From Scyliorhinus canicula (lineage: Eukaryota), in contig NC_052149.1 in assembly GCF_902713615.1 (NCBI RefSeq), positions 152,745,383 through 152,809,382 of the forward strand: DNA of 64,000 nt, written 5' to 3'. Below are positions 21,966 to 34,332 of the stretch, in pieces. The stretch's first letter is position 1. Every line of letters begins with the position of its first letter. The translations under genes were made by a program, and so were the position numbers. Under the pieces are notes generated by a model. The model ran no database searches. It was given only the letters and a program-made list of their open reading frames with translations, and was not told the DNA's origin.

Positions 21966-24900
21966 TCATTGCTCAATAGCGAACAGAGTCGCAAAGGGAT
22001 TCGTTTGGTGGGAGTCAGACTCTGTCATCATCTTCTCTCGGCTGCCATACTCTTGACTGGAGTAACTTTGATAAAGCTGCTTGGGGCGAATTGGGTCCAT
22101 CTCATCATTCCGGATGAGCCTGAACGAATTGTCTCGGTGCCAGAATTGTGTGTCGAGGTTGGAGCTACTAAGGTTTAATCCTTAATCTTCGGGCGGTGGG
22201 TCTGGGTCAGGGGCATAAATGTATGTAATCTCGAACGGGTCACTGGAATCATGCTCGGAATCGCTGGGAGTGGGGCCTGGTACAGGGGATAATCATAACG
22301 TGGTGTGCTGTGGCTGTCGTCATCGCTATCACTGTCGCTGTCGCTGCTGGTTGAAGGGAGAGGCGGGGTCATGCCTCTGGGGGTGGAGTTGAAGTCGTGT
22401 CTGAGGACAGGCTGGACTGGCTGGGGGAGGGTAGGAATGCATCATATGTGGGAGGGGGTGATTGGCTGCTGCTGCGAGCAGGATGTGGTGTGTATGGTTA
22501 TTCTGCGAGCCATAAGCCTTGAGCTGGTTTATGTGAAATCACGCAGACTTGCCATTGGGATATGTAATCTTGTATACCGGGGCTGACTTTGTCCAAAATG
22601 GAGTACGGTCTGGAAAATTTAGGGGAAAGGAATGAACTGGGGTTATCTTGGGAAAGCATCACTTGCTGCCCTACTGCAAACTCAGTGGCGTGTACTGTCT
22701 TGTCGAAACAAGCCTTGCTCTGTTTCCTCCGTGTCCCAAGTCTCACAGCTGCTGCGAGTTGGGCTGCCTTAATGTTCTCCATTAGCTGCTGTACAGTGTT
22801 TTCATGTGTGAGGACTGTGACTGTGGGGCTGGCCAAATCTAGTCCTAATAAATACTCTGTCCCTTTCATGGGGCGTCCGGTCATGAGAGTGTGGGGAGTG
22901 TATCCTGTGGACGTGGATACCGTGTTCCGTAAAAACATTAAAGCAAATGGGAGAACTGAATCCCAGGTGCTGTTATTCTGCTGCCCCATTTACCTGAGGG
23001 TAGCTTTTAATGTCCTGTTCATCCTCTCTACAATACCACTTGACTGGGGGTGATATGCTATGTGAAACTTTTGTCTGATGCCGAAAATTGTGAGGACGTT
23101 TTTCATTACACATCCTGTAAAATGGGAGCCTTGATCGGACTCTATACTGTGGGGGAGGCCCCATTTTGTGAAGATGTGCTCTGTTAGGATTTTAGCTGTT
23201 GTTTTCGCCGTATTCGTTCTTGATGGAAAAGCTTCCACCCATTTTGTGAAGGTGTCGATGATCACCAACACATACTTATAACCATTTCTGCAAAGGGATA
23301 GGGGTCCTATGTAATCTATCTGCAGATTCGTCCAGGGGCCATTAACAGGGCGGGTATGACTAAGTTGAAACTTTTTTGCATATCTGTCCGGATTGTTCTG
23401 GGCACAGATCAAGCAATTCTCAATGTAGTGGGTTACATGGGCGTTTAAATCAGGCCACCAGCAGAGCGGTCTGAGGTGGGCTAAGGTGGGTTCAATGCCT
23501 TGGTGTCCATGATTGTCATGGAACTGACAAATGATCTGGTTCCTGTCCTGGCTGGGAACTACATAAATGCCTTCTTTCAGAATCACACCATCATGTGTGA
23601 TTATTGCATTTTTAAACTTATCATCCGGGGCTGGGAAGGTTCCCTTTAAAACTTCCCTGAGTTTCTCATCTTCCTTTTGAGCCTTCGCTAAATCCTGTAT
23701 GTTGGTCTGTGAGACCTGAACTGCGTGTACTGGGGTGCTTTCGGGGGGTTCCAAAAATAACCATGCCTGGAACCTGCCTTCGCTAGGGCGTCTGCTTTAA
23801 CATTACCGGGGAGGAAGAATAGTGATGACTGTGAACCTTAATGATACCATATTTCCTATCCCTCGCTGTCTCTAAGATATGTCGGAGTAATGGGGCTGAG
23901 GGAAGGGGTTTTCCGTCAGCGGAAACGAATCCTCCCATTTTCCACAGGGGTAGGAATTCTGTTAAACTATTACAGACGTACAAGCTGTCCGAATAGATGT
24001 CTGCTGGGGTCGGGAACGAGTCGGGGTGTTCTACAATATAAGCGATTGCAGCCAGTTCTGCTGCCTGCAAGCCTAAGTGTCCTGGCAACTTTAGTGAAAT
24101 CTCATCTAGGGTGCGTCCCTGTGCGTCCTCTACATAAATGCCGCAACCGGTGATTCTCTTTCCATTTAAAACTGTGGAGGAGCCATCCACATAAATTTTC
24201 AGGGGTGCACACGTGTCTGTGGGCTGGGGTCTCTGGGGTGTACTGCCTGCTTTCCTGGGAGGTGTCTTAGGTATAAATGGGCCTGTGTTGTGTTTTGTGG
24301 TGATGATATCACACTCATGAGTGGGTGCCTGCATACTGCAAATTATCGGAAAGGAAGGTGTGGGTCTTGGTTCTTTTCACTGTAATGTCCCGTCCTTGTA
24401 AAAGAAGGGTCCAACAGGCTGCGCGGATTTGGCTGACTGTGCCATCTTTAAGGCAGCCGCCTAACAATAGCTGTGTTGGGGTGTGTTCAGTGAGAATGGT
24501 GATGGGGTTGAGTCCTGTAATGTAGGCGAAGTACTGTACTGCCCAAAAAACTGCGAGCAGGTGCCTTTCACAGGCAGAAAATCCTTGCTCGACAGGATCG
24601 AAAATGCGTGAGGTGTATGCGAATTGGTCATGGCGTTCCTGGAGGAGCACGGCCAAAAGGATTCGGTCGGTGCTAGCTACTTCGATAGCGAACGGGGAAA
24701 GTGGATCTGGGACCTGTAGTGCGGGGGCTGTGCTGAGTGCTCTTTTTAAAGCATCCATGGCATCCGTGTGCTGTGGAAGCCATTCCCAAGGTGCTGCTTC
24801 TTGAGAAGTTCAGATATGGGCGCTGCTTTAGTGGCGAAACCATCAATATGGTTTCGGCAGTAGCCAACCAGTCCCAGAAATGACCGGAGGGCTGAGACAT

Positions 24901-26166
24901 TGTGGGGAAGGGGCAATTTGATGATTGAGTCAATTCTCTTTTGCTCGATCTCGCGTTTACCGTGAGTGATTACTGTACCCAAGTAAATCACTTTTTCTTC
25001 CAAAATCTGGGCCCTCTTGGGGTTGACTTTACATCCAATTTCTTTAGGAGACCTAGGAGTTCGGCGGGAAGTGAAATGTGCTCTCCCTTTGTGTCTGTCT
25101 GTAGTAGCAAGTCGTCTACATACTGGACCAGACAATCGGGGCGGGAAAATTTTGCTAATCCATTTGCCAGCTGTCGGTGCAAAATGGAGGGGGAGTTTTG
25201 GAAGCCCTGTGAAAGGCACGTCCATGTATATTGCTGTCCCTTGAATGTGAAGGCGAATTTGTACTGGCACGCTTTATCCAATGGAATGGACCAAAAGCCG
25301 TTGCTAATGTCCAAAACCGAAAAACATTTTGACTGGAGTCCCTGTTTGAGCATGGTCTCGGGACTCGTCGCTATGGTGGGGGCTGCTGCTGGGGTTACTT
25401 TGTTCAGTTCCCGGTAATCAATGGTCAGTCGCCATGATCCATCCGGTTTCCTGACGGGTGCAAATGGGTGCATTGTTTGTGGAGGCTACTGATCTGAATA
25501 CACCTTGGCCAAGTAAACTCTCTATTACCTTTGAGATTTCTCCCTCTGCTTCCTGGGGAAATTTGTGTTGCTTCTGGGGTCTGGGGTCGGGACCTGTAAT
25601 ATGCACAGAGCCAGCCAATTTGCCACAGTCGTGCTTGTGCTGTGCAAATGCTGCTTTGTGTTCCTGCGGGACTGCCCTAACCTGTTTGTCTAGACTAATG
25701 GCTCGAGGGTCGAACCAGAAGTCTCCAACTGAGCTAATCCTGTTCTCATACTCTCCTACTGTGAGCGTGGCGAGGCTCATGCTGCCTTTGCCATTTTCCA
25801 AACACACTTGTTTACCGGATCCGAAGAAAGGTTGTGGGAGCTCATAAAATCGATCCCTAGGATTTGTTCAGCTGTCTGGGGCAGATCAACCAATATTACG
25901 GGGTGCTTAGTTGTAATGTTACCTATTTGTATCACTGCAGGGGCTGTAATGTGTCCCTGTTGTAAATGACCTGTAAAGCCGCTGAGTGTGTTGGTGTCTG
26001 TTGTGGACCACGTGTCCCTCTGGAACATCGTGGAGGAATTGAGTGTGGACCCTCCTGTGTCCCAAAGAAATTCTACGGGTTGTACCCGGACTTTGCCGGC
26101 TACTACCGGTCTACCGGACGTGTCCCAAAGGGTGTCGCAGACCCAAGTTGGAGAGCCCAAACACCG
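21966..26166 (-). pseudogene. pol: pol: protease, RT, tether, RNase H, integrase and long C-terminal tail, with several frameshifts
   Basis: Protease FLWDTGG. RT LDISNGFWSIPL, QGFQNSP and YVDD. Degenerate RH (IEVAS in place of TDAS). RH YVDGSS...AAELAA...YSDS. IN HDNHGH..CLIC, QIDYIG, ESDQG and IVERMN. Confidence 0.92.
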
Positions 26167-27896
26167 TCAGTCTGTGCGGTTCATGTCTGCATTCTTTGAA
26201 CGGGCGCTAACGCTATGGATCGGCTTTGCCCTATTCCTATTTAGGGTGCCTGTCTGCTGGTTTCTCTGATGCTTTTGGGGCGCGTTGCACTCTTGTGCAA
26301 AGTGTCCTAACTGTCCACAATTGTAGCATTCTTGTGATTTAGGCTGGAGTGGGCTGTTCCTGCCCTCATTTACCCATGTGGGGTTCTGGTGCGCTTTAAC
26401 TGGATTCATGTCTGCCTGTTCTTCCTCAGGTTTTATAAATGCGGCTTTGCCTTGGACTGATTGCTCCCAAGCGGGGGACAACCTTTTCAAAACCCATTTT
26501 TCATTGTGGGCCTCCTCTGAGGGGTCGTAATTCGCGCAAGCTCTCTGTCCTGCATCTGTCGCGTGAGAGACCAAGATTCGAGTCCATTTGGCCATATTAT
26601 CTGCGAACAAATGGGCGCGGGCTAACTCTCCGAAAACTACTGTGAAGTGTATCCACAAGCGTCCAGCAAATGCTGTGGGGTGCTCTGTTTTCTTTTGCCT
26701 ATACTTGTTTAGGCCTTCTACCGGGTCTCCTCTGTTATAGCCGATCGCGTCCAGGATCGCTGTGTGCATTTCTTGGAGTGTGCCTCCTCCTACATTCTGT
26801 GGGTCGGGAAGGGCTGCCATGACTGAAGGGTCGAGGCTTAAAACTGTGAGCTTCACTTGCTCCTTCTCGTCCAGGCCGTACATGGTGGCCTGCTGTTTAA
26901 CTTTAGCGAAAAACTGGTGGGGGTCCGATGTGGGAAGAAACGGTGTAATTTTTCCACACTCGTCCCTTAATTGGGTTACGGTTAACGGGGTTGTATAAAG
27001 GAAATCTGCGTCTCCTTCTGCTGCGGCCCTGCGGTGTGTGGTTACAGGGTTCACGGGGTATGTTCTGCCTGTTCAGTCGGGGTTGGGGTGCTCTCCTTTT
27101 CTGGGGTTTTTCCTGCATACATGCTCCATGTACGTATCTATGGGCAGTCTCATTTAATTCCTGCCAATCGGGGCTGTTTTCCTGATTTAACTGGGGTCCA
27201 AATGTACTTTAAAACCCATTTTGAACGGAAAGCAAAGATTGCAATTCTGCAATTTGCTTCTGGCACTTTGCATGGTCTACGGAGCTCTGCCTTTCCTCGT
27301 CGTGGAAGTGTGGAGTGCTCGTAGGGCTGCTTTTAAATCATTACACTGTTTCTGCAATTTCTCTACCTGTTGCTCGGTTTCTTGTCTAACCAAGACCGCA
27401 CGTTGTGTGTCCTGATAGGCCTTATCGTATTGGGTTTGGAAACTATTCAAATGCGCGAGACAAGACTGGTGTGCCTTCTTGGCATCATACACCTCTCTGT
27501 CCCTCACTGCTAACTGCTCTCTTAACTCCTTATTCTCCTCAACTTCACTCACATCTACCTCACTATTTCTGTCTCTCTCCTCAATCTCTCTACGGAGCAT
27601 CTTAACGACCTCCTCTGTGCCTCGCAATTGTGCCAGACAGGACACGATAGCCATCAGCTTGCGAGCTTTCCCTAAGCTCTTCTTGCGAATCTCTGACAGG
27701 TTCTCCCACCAAGTATGCCCTATACTTCCGGGACCTGTTTCGTTATTGGCGCAGAATTCGCTCCAAAGGGGCCATCCTTTCCCTTTGAGATATTTTCTGA
27801 TCTCATCTTCCCATACGGGACACTGTCCTACTCTACTGGTCGCTGCGACCTCAAATTCCTGGGGGTTCATAAGCATTCCATTGCCTTCATTGCCAT
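26167..27896 (-). pseudogene. gag: gag (N-terminal coiled coil, capsid-like region, one CCHC knuckle), frameshifted
   Basis: ORFs 27277-27876 (heptad-rich ELREQL...VEKLQKQCNDLKAAL) and 26167-27054 (RQKKTEHPTAFAGRL; CYNCGQLGHFAQEC). ATG in MAMKAM at 27896. Confidence 0.85.
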
Positions 27897-28181
27897 CTTC
27901 TCTATCTAGGTTCCCTACTGAATTTGGAACAGGGGGTGATAAAGTGGTGATGTAAACACGGGTATGGCTTACGCCAATTTCCAGCCTACAAAACTCCCGA
28001 CAGTTTTACGCAACAAAATCTCTCAGGTTTAGCTTATATCCCTGTTAGTACGCATGCATTAACACACTTCCGAATTCTGGAGGCTTGATCAGTATTGTTC
28101 TTACGCTTGTGGTTTTTCTGTTTCTAATTGGATTCTCAATTCAAATTTGGGTTCTCTCGGAGCGGTTAGGCCACTTCTAAA

Positions 28182-28203
28182 TCGAGTCCCGGCGGAGTCG
28201 CCA
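28182..28203 (-). promoter_or_regulatory. Primer-binding site complementary to the tRNA-Arg(UCU) 3' end
   Basis: The + strand reads TCGAGTCCCGGCGGAGTCGCCA, which matches my recollection of the vertebrate tRNA-Arg-TCT 3' end plus CCA. Confidence 0.8.
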
Positions 28204-28208
28204 GTAAA

Positions 28209-29084
28209 TGTTGCTCGTTGTGTTCTCTCTTTAATTGGCTCTGTTTATGGTGGTTAATATGGTCGCCTTCCTTAATTCTAATTACGTTTGTTCAAGAGTC
28301 GGCAGGTATCTTTCGGTACCGCCACAAGGTTCAAAACCGAATACTGATCAAAGACTCGATACACCAGTTAGGAAGTTCGAAATCAATGCTCATTTATTTA
28401 CACACACAGTCAAATATACTCATGCGCAAAACTCTACCAACTAAACTATCACTACTACTAAAGCCTATACTTAGCTTCGGGCGCACACTCAGTCAGAGGA
28501 ACAATGGCCGTTGTCCGGTTCTGAGGCTTCTGGGATTGAGCTGGTACAGAATAGTAGATAAGAGCATCTGTCTCGTAGCGTGCATTGACTTTGGACTTAC
28601 TTGTTCTGGTGCAGCTGCTAGGCAGGTCTCTCCTCGCTGAGAGCCAAGGCCAAGAGAGCAATTCTTTCTCAGGGGCTCCTTCTTATACCCAAAGGAGGCT
28701 TTGCGCGCTTTTGGGTGGGCCTTGAACTTGGCCCCAATTAATTGGACCGCATCTTTATCATTCTTATCGATTTCCTCCAATAAAGGGGTGGGTGCCCTGA
28801 TTGCTGGGCGGGCCCCACGTGGCCGTTGGCCTGCTTTGTTCTCCTCTGGCGCCGGGGTGTCTGCCTTAGTATCGTTTACCTAAATGTTACTCTTTTGTCC
28901 CCGGAGATGGCTCATCAGTATGGTAATGGCTTTGCAGTATCGGTCTTGTCTGGGAGCTATAACTCCAATCAACAGACAAACCTTGCACCTGCTTGCTTTC
29001 TCAGTACAGTATTGTCAATTTTCCCTGCATTCTTTGCAAAGTGTCCATTTTGTAATCGGGACGTGGCCATCCCAGATGGCTACA
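28209..29084 (-). repeat. 5' LTR (876 bp) of the retrovirus-like element
   Basis: The minus strand begins TGTAGCC and ends GCAACA. It has TATAA at 28687-28683, CCAAT motifs at about 28735, and AATAAA at 28398-28393, and lies next to the PBS. The second LTR is not present to confirm the boundaries. Confidence 0.75.
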
Positions 29085-30479
29085 ACGCTCGCTACCACAC
29101 TGAGACATCTTTCCAGAGTATCACACCCATTATTAACAAAGACATTACAAATCTCTATTAGAAATTGAAGCATGGCCTATGAAACATGTCCGGCTTCTTT
29201 TGAGATTAATAAAATACAGCAAAAACAAGTAATTGAAACAGGGCAGAATATAATGCCCTCCCTTGAGGAATGTTTCGTGAAGGATTAAGTCAAGTGGATA
29301 GCCTTCTCACCAATTGAGACCCACAAGTGGGCAATTAATGTATAATTATGGCCTTGATCTCACTGCTGCTGATATTCACTCGGTGGGGAGACTCAGCATG
29401 CAGTAAGCTCTGTTTTCGGGAAGGTGTGGGGGTGACCCCCGTCAAAGACAGTCAGTACCACCTCCCTGCCCTTGCTGTTGACCAACCTCCGGTGACCCCC
29501 ACCTCACAACCCTCCTACCGCAGCACACACCTGTGACCTGGATCCCTCAGCGATCCTGTGCCTTGGCTGGGCGCATTTCTGGTAGTAGCCCCACCAGCCC
29601 TGCCAAGCAATGCACAACGGTCGGCTTCTGATTCGGCGGCAGCCCTCAGGAGGCAGGACCTCCGCCCATGGGATCCTTGAACCCTGGGAAAGCCTACTGC
29701 TCCCCAGTTAAGTGACCGATTAACATTTAATTTAGCACTTTCTCCTGAAAGTAGGGGATTTGAAGGCTCTTTCCGGCTTTCCAGTCACCGACATTAAACT
29801 ATGCCCACAGAGCCAAAAACAAGTGTAAACCATGAGGGTGGAGGTACAGAGGAAACGTGGACCAGGGGCACACTTGGTCTCTTTGAAAGCAAAGTTTCTC
29901 ATATCAATTGTACATAATAAGTGGATTTTAATTACTTTTAATTAGTTTATTGAAAGATCAATTGTGGGATGTAAAATTGGTCCGAAGTATATTTGCGCAA
30001 TGGATGACATCCTGTTGGGAGCTGAGATAATACAGTTCCTAATCATATGAGGTACAGGCCTAATTTGTTCTATTCTTGGATTTCCTGTCAGTAATTAAAG
30101 GAGAAGCTAGTGACAAGTTTAGGACGCATAAAAATAGATTACATTGCAGAAGTAAAGAGCCTGTGCAAAAGATAATGAAATGAACTCCAACATCAATATA
30201 GCAAAAGGCATTAAGAACAGGAACAAACACATTGTGGCTTTCATTTTGATGGGCAAGATAAATTTAAACTTACAGGACAATTGTTAAGAGGAAGCTCATC
30301 TGTTTAGATCTGTGGGAAACATTTGTGCAGCTTCATTACTTTCAAAGGAATTGTGGGAAGAGAGCCGTTTTTAGCAATGCTGTTGCTCCTTTCATAAATC
30401 CTCAACAAAAATGGCACTGGGTTGCCCAGAGAAACAAAGTGCCATTTATCCGTTTATTTCTGAGGAGGCGCAAAAGAAA

Positions 30480-31060
30480 GAAATATGAAACAGAAGATTA
30501 ATGGCAGAGAAGGCCATTTCAGCTCACTGGGTCTGTGCCGGCCAAAGGAGACTTATCCAGCCCAATCCCAATTTCCAGCTCTTGGGCCATAGCCCCACAG
30601 ATTACAGCACTTCCACGACATGTTAACCTATATTTTAAATAGGGTGATGGTTTCAGCCTTCACCACCCTTTCAGGCAGTCAGTTACAAACCTCCATCGCT
30701 CTCTGGTTGGAAAGATTTAACCCCAACTTACGCCACACCCCCAATCATTCCACCAATTGCTTTAAATCTATGGTCCCTAGTTGTGATCATTTCTGCTCCG
30801 GGAATTTGGTCATTTCTAACAAGGCCCCTCATCATTTTAAACCCCTCAACTAAATCTTGTGTGTTCCACAGAAAACAAAATCTATCAAATCTTACCACAC
30901 AGCTAAAATCCTCCATTCCTGGCAACATCCACGTAAATCTCCTCTGCATTCTTTCTGGTGTGACCTCAGTCTTCCTATAATGTGGTGACGGGAACTGTAC
31001 TCCAGCTGTGGCCTAACTAATATTTTATACAGTTCAAGTATAACCTTCCTGTTCTTACAT
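30480..31060 (-). mobile_element. Degraded CR1 3' fragment
   Basis: MQRRFTWMLPGME in ORF 30728-30949. Confidence 0.7.
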
Positions 31061-31063
31061 CCT

Positions 31064-34000
31064 GGGCGCGATTCTCCGACCCCCCACGCCAGGTGGGAGA
31101 ATCACGGGAGTGCCGGGCGATTCCGGCCACGCCGCCCTGGCACCCGCATGCGAGTCTCCCCCCCCCCCACCCCCCAAAACGGTGTCCCGCGGTTTACGAC
31201 AGGCCGCTCGGAGAATCGCTGCTCGCCGTTTCTTTTTTTTTATATAATTTTATTGGAAAATTTTGAATTTATACAACAACATCAAACCATGCTAAAATAC
31301 CAACAATAACAATAATGACAACAATCATGAACCTTCGCCCCTCTTCAATGAACAACCCAACATATTAACAACAACTTAAATTAACACAATGTTAAGTTAC
31401 ATAACCGTAGCGAAAAAAAATAGAAACTATAATACAGAACACCCCCCCCACCTTGCCCCCCCCCCCCCCCCCCCCCCGGCCGGGTTGCTGCTGCTGTTGA
31501 CCAAGATACCTACCTTTGAGCCAGGAAGTCCAGAAAAGGCTGCCACCGTTTATAGAACCCTTGTACTGATCCTCTCAGGGCAAATTTGACCCTTTCCAAC
31601 TTTATAAATCCTGCCATGTCACTGACCCAGGTTTCCACGCTTGGGGGCCTCGCATCCTTCCACTGCAGCAAGATCCTCCGCCGGGCTACTAGGGACGCAA
31701 AGGCCAGGACACCGGCCTCTATCGCCTCCTGCACTCCCGGCTCCACCGCAACTCCGAAAATCGCGAGTCCCCACCCTGGTTTGACCCTGGATCCAACCAC
31801 CCTCGACACCGTCCCCGCCACCCCCTTCCAGAATTCTTCCAGTGCTGGGCATGCCCAGAACATATGGGCGTGGTTCGCTGGACTCCCCGAACATCTGGTG
31901 TACCTGTCCTCACCCCCAAAGAACCTACTCATCCTAGTCCCGGACATGTGGGCCCAGTGCAGCACCTTAAATTGGATGAGACTAAGCCTCGCACATGAAG
32001 AGGAAGAGTTGACTCTCTCCAAGGCATCTGCCCAAGTCCCGTCCTCTATCTGCTCCCCAAGTTCCACCTCCCATTTAGCCTTCAGCTCCTCAACTGACGA
32101 CTCCTCCACCTCCTGCATTACCTTATAGATGTCAGACACCTTCCCCTCTCCGACCCACATCCCCGAAAGCATTCTGTCCATCGTCCCCCGCGAGGGCAGC
32201 AAAGGGAAACCCTCTACCTGTCGCCTAGCAAACACCTTTACCTGCAGGTATCTGAACATGTTCCCTTGGGGAAGCCCAAATTTATCTTCCAGTTCCCCCA
32301 GGCCCGCAAACCTCCCGCCAATAAACAGGTCCCTCAATTTACTGATGCCCACCCTTTTCCACCCCATAAATCCCCCATCCTTGTTCCCAGATAAACCGAT
32401 GATTGCCACCCATGGAGCCTCCATCGAGCCCCCTGTTTCCCCCCATGCCGTCTCCACTGTCCCCAGATTCTTAGGTTCGCCGCTGCCACCGGGCTCGTGG
32501 TATACCTCTTAGGGGAGAGCGGCAACGGCGCTGTTACCATGGCACTCAGGCTCGTACCTCTACATGACGCCATCTCCATTCTTTTCCACGCCGCCCCTCC
32601 CCTCTCCATCACCGATTTATGCACCATTGACACATTGGCCGCCCAATAGTACCCCAAAAGGTTGAGCAGCGCCAGCCCGTCTCTATCCCTTCCTCGCTCC
32701 AGGAAAACCCTCTTCACTCTCGGAGTCCCATGTGCCCACACAAAGCTCAAGATACTGCTAGTCACTCTCCTAAAGAAGGCCCTTGGGATGAAGATGGGCA
32801 GGCACTGAAAGAGGAACAAGAACCTCGGAAGCACCGTCATTTTGACGGACTGCACCCTCCCCACCAATGACAATGGCAGCATGTCCCACCTCTTGAACTC
32901 CTCCTCCATCTGATCTACAAGCCTGGTGAAGTTATGTTTGTGAAGAGTCCCCCAGTCCCTGGCCACTCCGCTCGCCGTTTCTAATGGTCGAGCGGCGATT
33001 CTCCGGCCCGGATGGGCCAAGCAGCCTGCCCAAACCGACGGGTTCATGCCGGCGCCAACCACACCTGGTCACTGCCGGCGTGAACAGTGCGCGAATGCTG
33101 CGTGTGCGGCCTGTGGAGGGGGGGGAGGATCGAGCACCGGGGCGTGCTCAAGAGGGGTCTGTCCCGCGATCAGTGGCCACCGATCGGCGGCCGGCGTCTC
33201 TAAAAGACGCACTCTTTTCCCTCCGCCGTCCCGCAAGATCAATCCTCCATGTCTTGCGGGGCACCCGCGGGGAGGACGGCAACCGTGCATTCACAGATTG
33301 GCGCCAGCCAACCTGCGCATGCGCAGGTGGCGTTATTTAAGCGCCGCCGGCCGCGTCATTTAGGCGGCGCCGCTTTGACAAGGGCGCCAAGGCCCGGTGC
33401 GCAAAATAGACGCGGCGCCGCTCCTAGCCCCCTGGGGGGGGGGGGGGGAGAATAGGGGGCGAGCAGCGGCCTCCGATGCCGGAGTGAAACACTCCGGTTT
33501 CACTGCGGCGTCGGCACTTAGAGTGGAATTCTCCACAAGGCCCGACGCCGTTGTGAAACCCGGAGAGGTTCACGACGGCGTCGGAGGCCGCTCCTGGCCC
33601 CCTATTCTCTCCCCCCCCCCCCCCCCCCGGGGGAGCTAGGAGGGCCGTGCCGTAAATCTCGGCCGCCGGGAATAACGCAGCCGGTGCGCCTAATGACGTC
33701 AGCCGGCTCAAACCCGCGCATGCGCGGCTGACGTCACAACGGATGACAGCTCAAACCCGCGCATGCGCAGTTGCCGTCTTCCCTTCCGCTGCCCCGCAAG
33801 ACGTGGCGGCTTGATCTTGTGGGGCGGCGGGGGGGGGGGGAAAGAGTGCGTCCCGTTGAGACGCCGGCCCAACGATCGGTGGGCACCGATCGCGGGTCAG
33901 TCCCCTCCCGAGCACGCTCGTGGTGCTCACTCCCCTCTCCGCCCCCCCACAAGCCACAAAACAGCTGCTGGCGCCATGTTCACGCCGGCAGCGGCCAGGT

Positions 34001-34071
34001 GTGGTTGCCGCCGGCGTGAACCGGTCGGGAACGGCCGGCGGCTCGGCCCATCCGGGTCGGAGAATCGCAGC
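31064..34071. mobile_element. Nested Harbinger-type MITE cluster, including an approximately 1.07-kb imperfect inverted repeat at 32995-34068
   Basis: TIR-like GGGCGCGATTCTCCG at 31064 and CGGAGAATCGC at about 34058-34068. Several arm-to-arm complementary blocks are centred near 33528. Confidence 0.75.
31234..32969 (-). mobile_element. 5'-truncated L1 inserted into a MITE, with a 13-bp TSD (GCTCGCCGTTTCT at 31221-31233 and 32970-32982)
   Basis: ORF2 C-terminal ORFs at 32334-33062 and 31510-32457 are homologous to the 14752 L1. Poly(T) on the + strand at 31233. The target reads TT/AGAAA on the minus strand. Confidence 0.92.
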
Positions 34072-34332
34072 TAGTTTCTGTGCTTGCTTGCTTCGTGTCT
34101 TGTAAGATAGTTTTAAGTGATTTATATTTATAATAATCTTTATTGTCACAAGGAGGCTTACATTAACACTGCAATTAAGTTACTGTGAAAAGCTCCTTGG
34201 CACCAAACTCCGGCGCCTGTTCAGGTACACTGAGGGAGAATTCAGAATGTCCAAATTACCTAACAGCCCATCTTTCGGGACTTGTGGGAGGAAACCGGAG
34301 CGCCTGGAGGAAACCCACACAGGTGCAGGGAG

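Larger units (their letters stand above)
20280..29084 (-). mobile_element. Retrovirus-like LTR element (LTR-PBS-gag-pol-small membrane ORF), 3' LTR absent, coding regions decayed
   Basis: See the component features. Domain order is PR-RT-degenerate RH-RH-IN. Confidence 0.9.

Noticed and set aside
28182-28203. tRNA-Arg gene
   Set aside because: Only the 3' 22 nt are present, including an encoded CCA, next to an LTR. This is a PBS.
28218-28883. ORFs inside the LTR as accessory genes
   Set aside because: They overlap on both strands, have no recognisable motifs, and are of lengths expected by chance.
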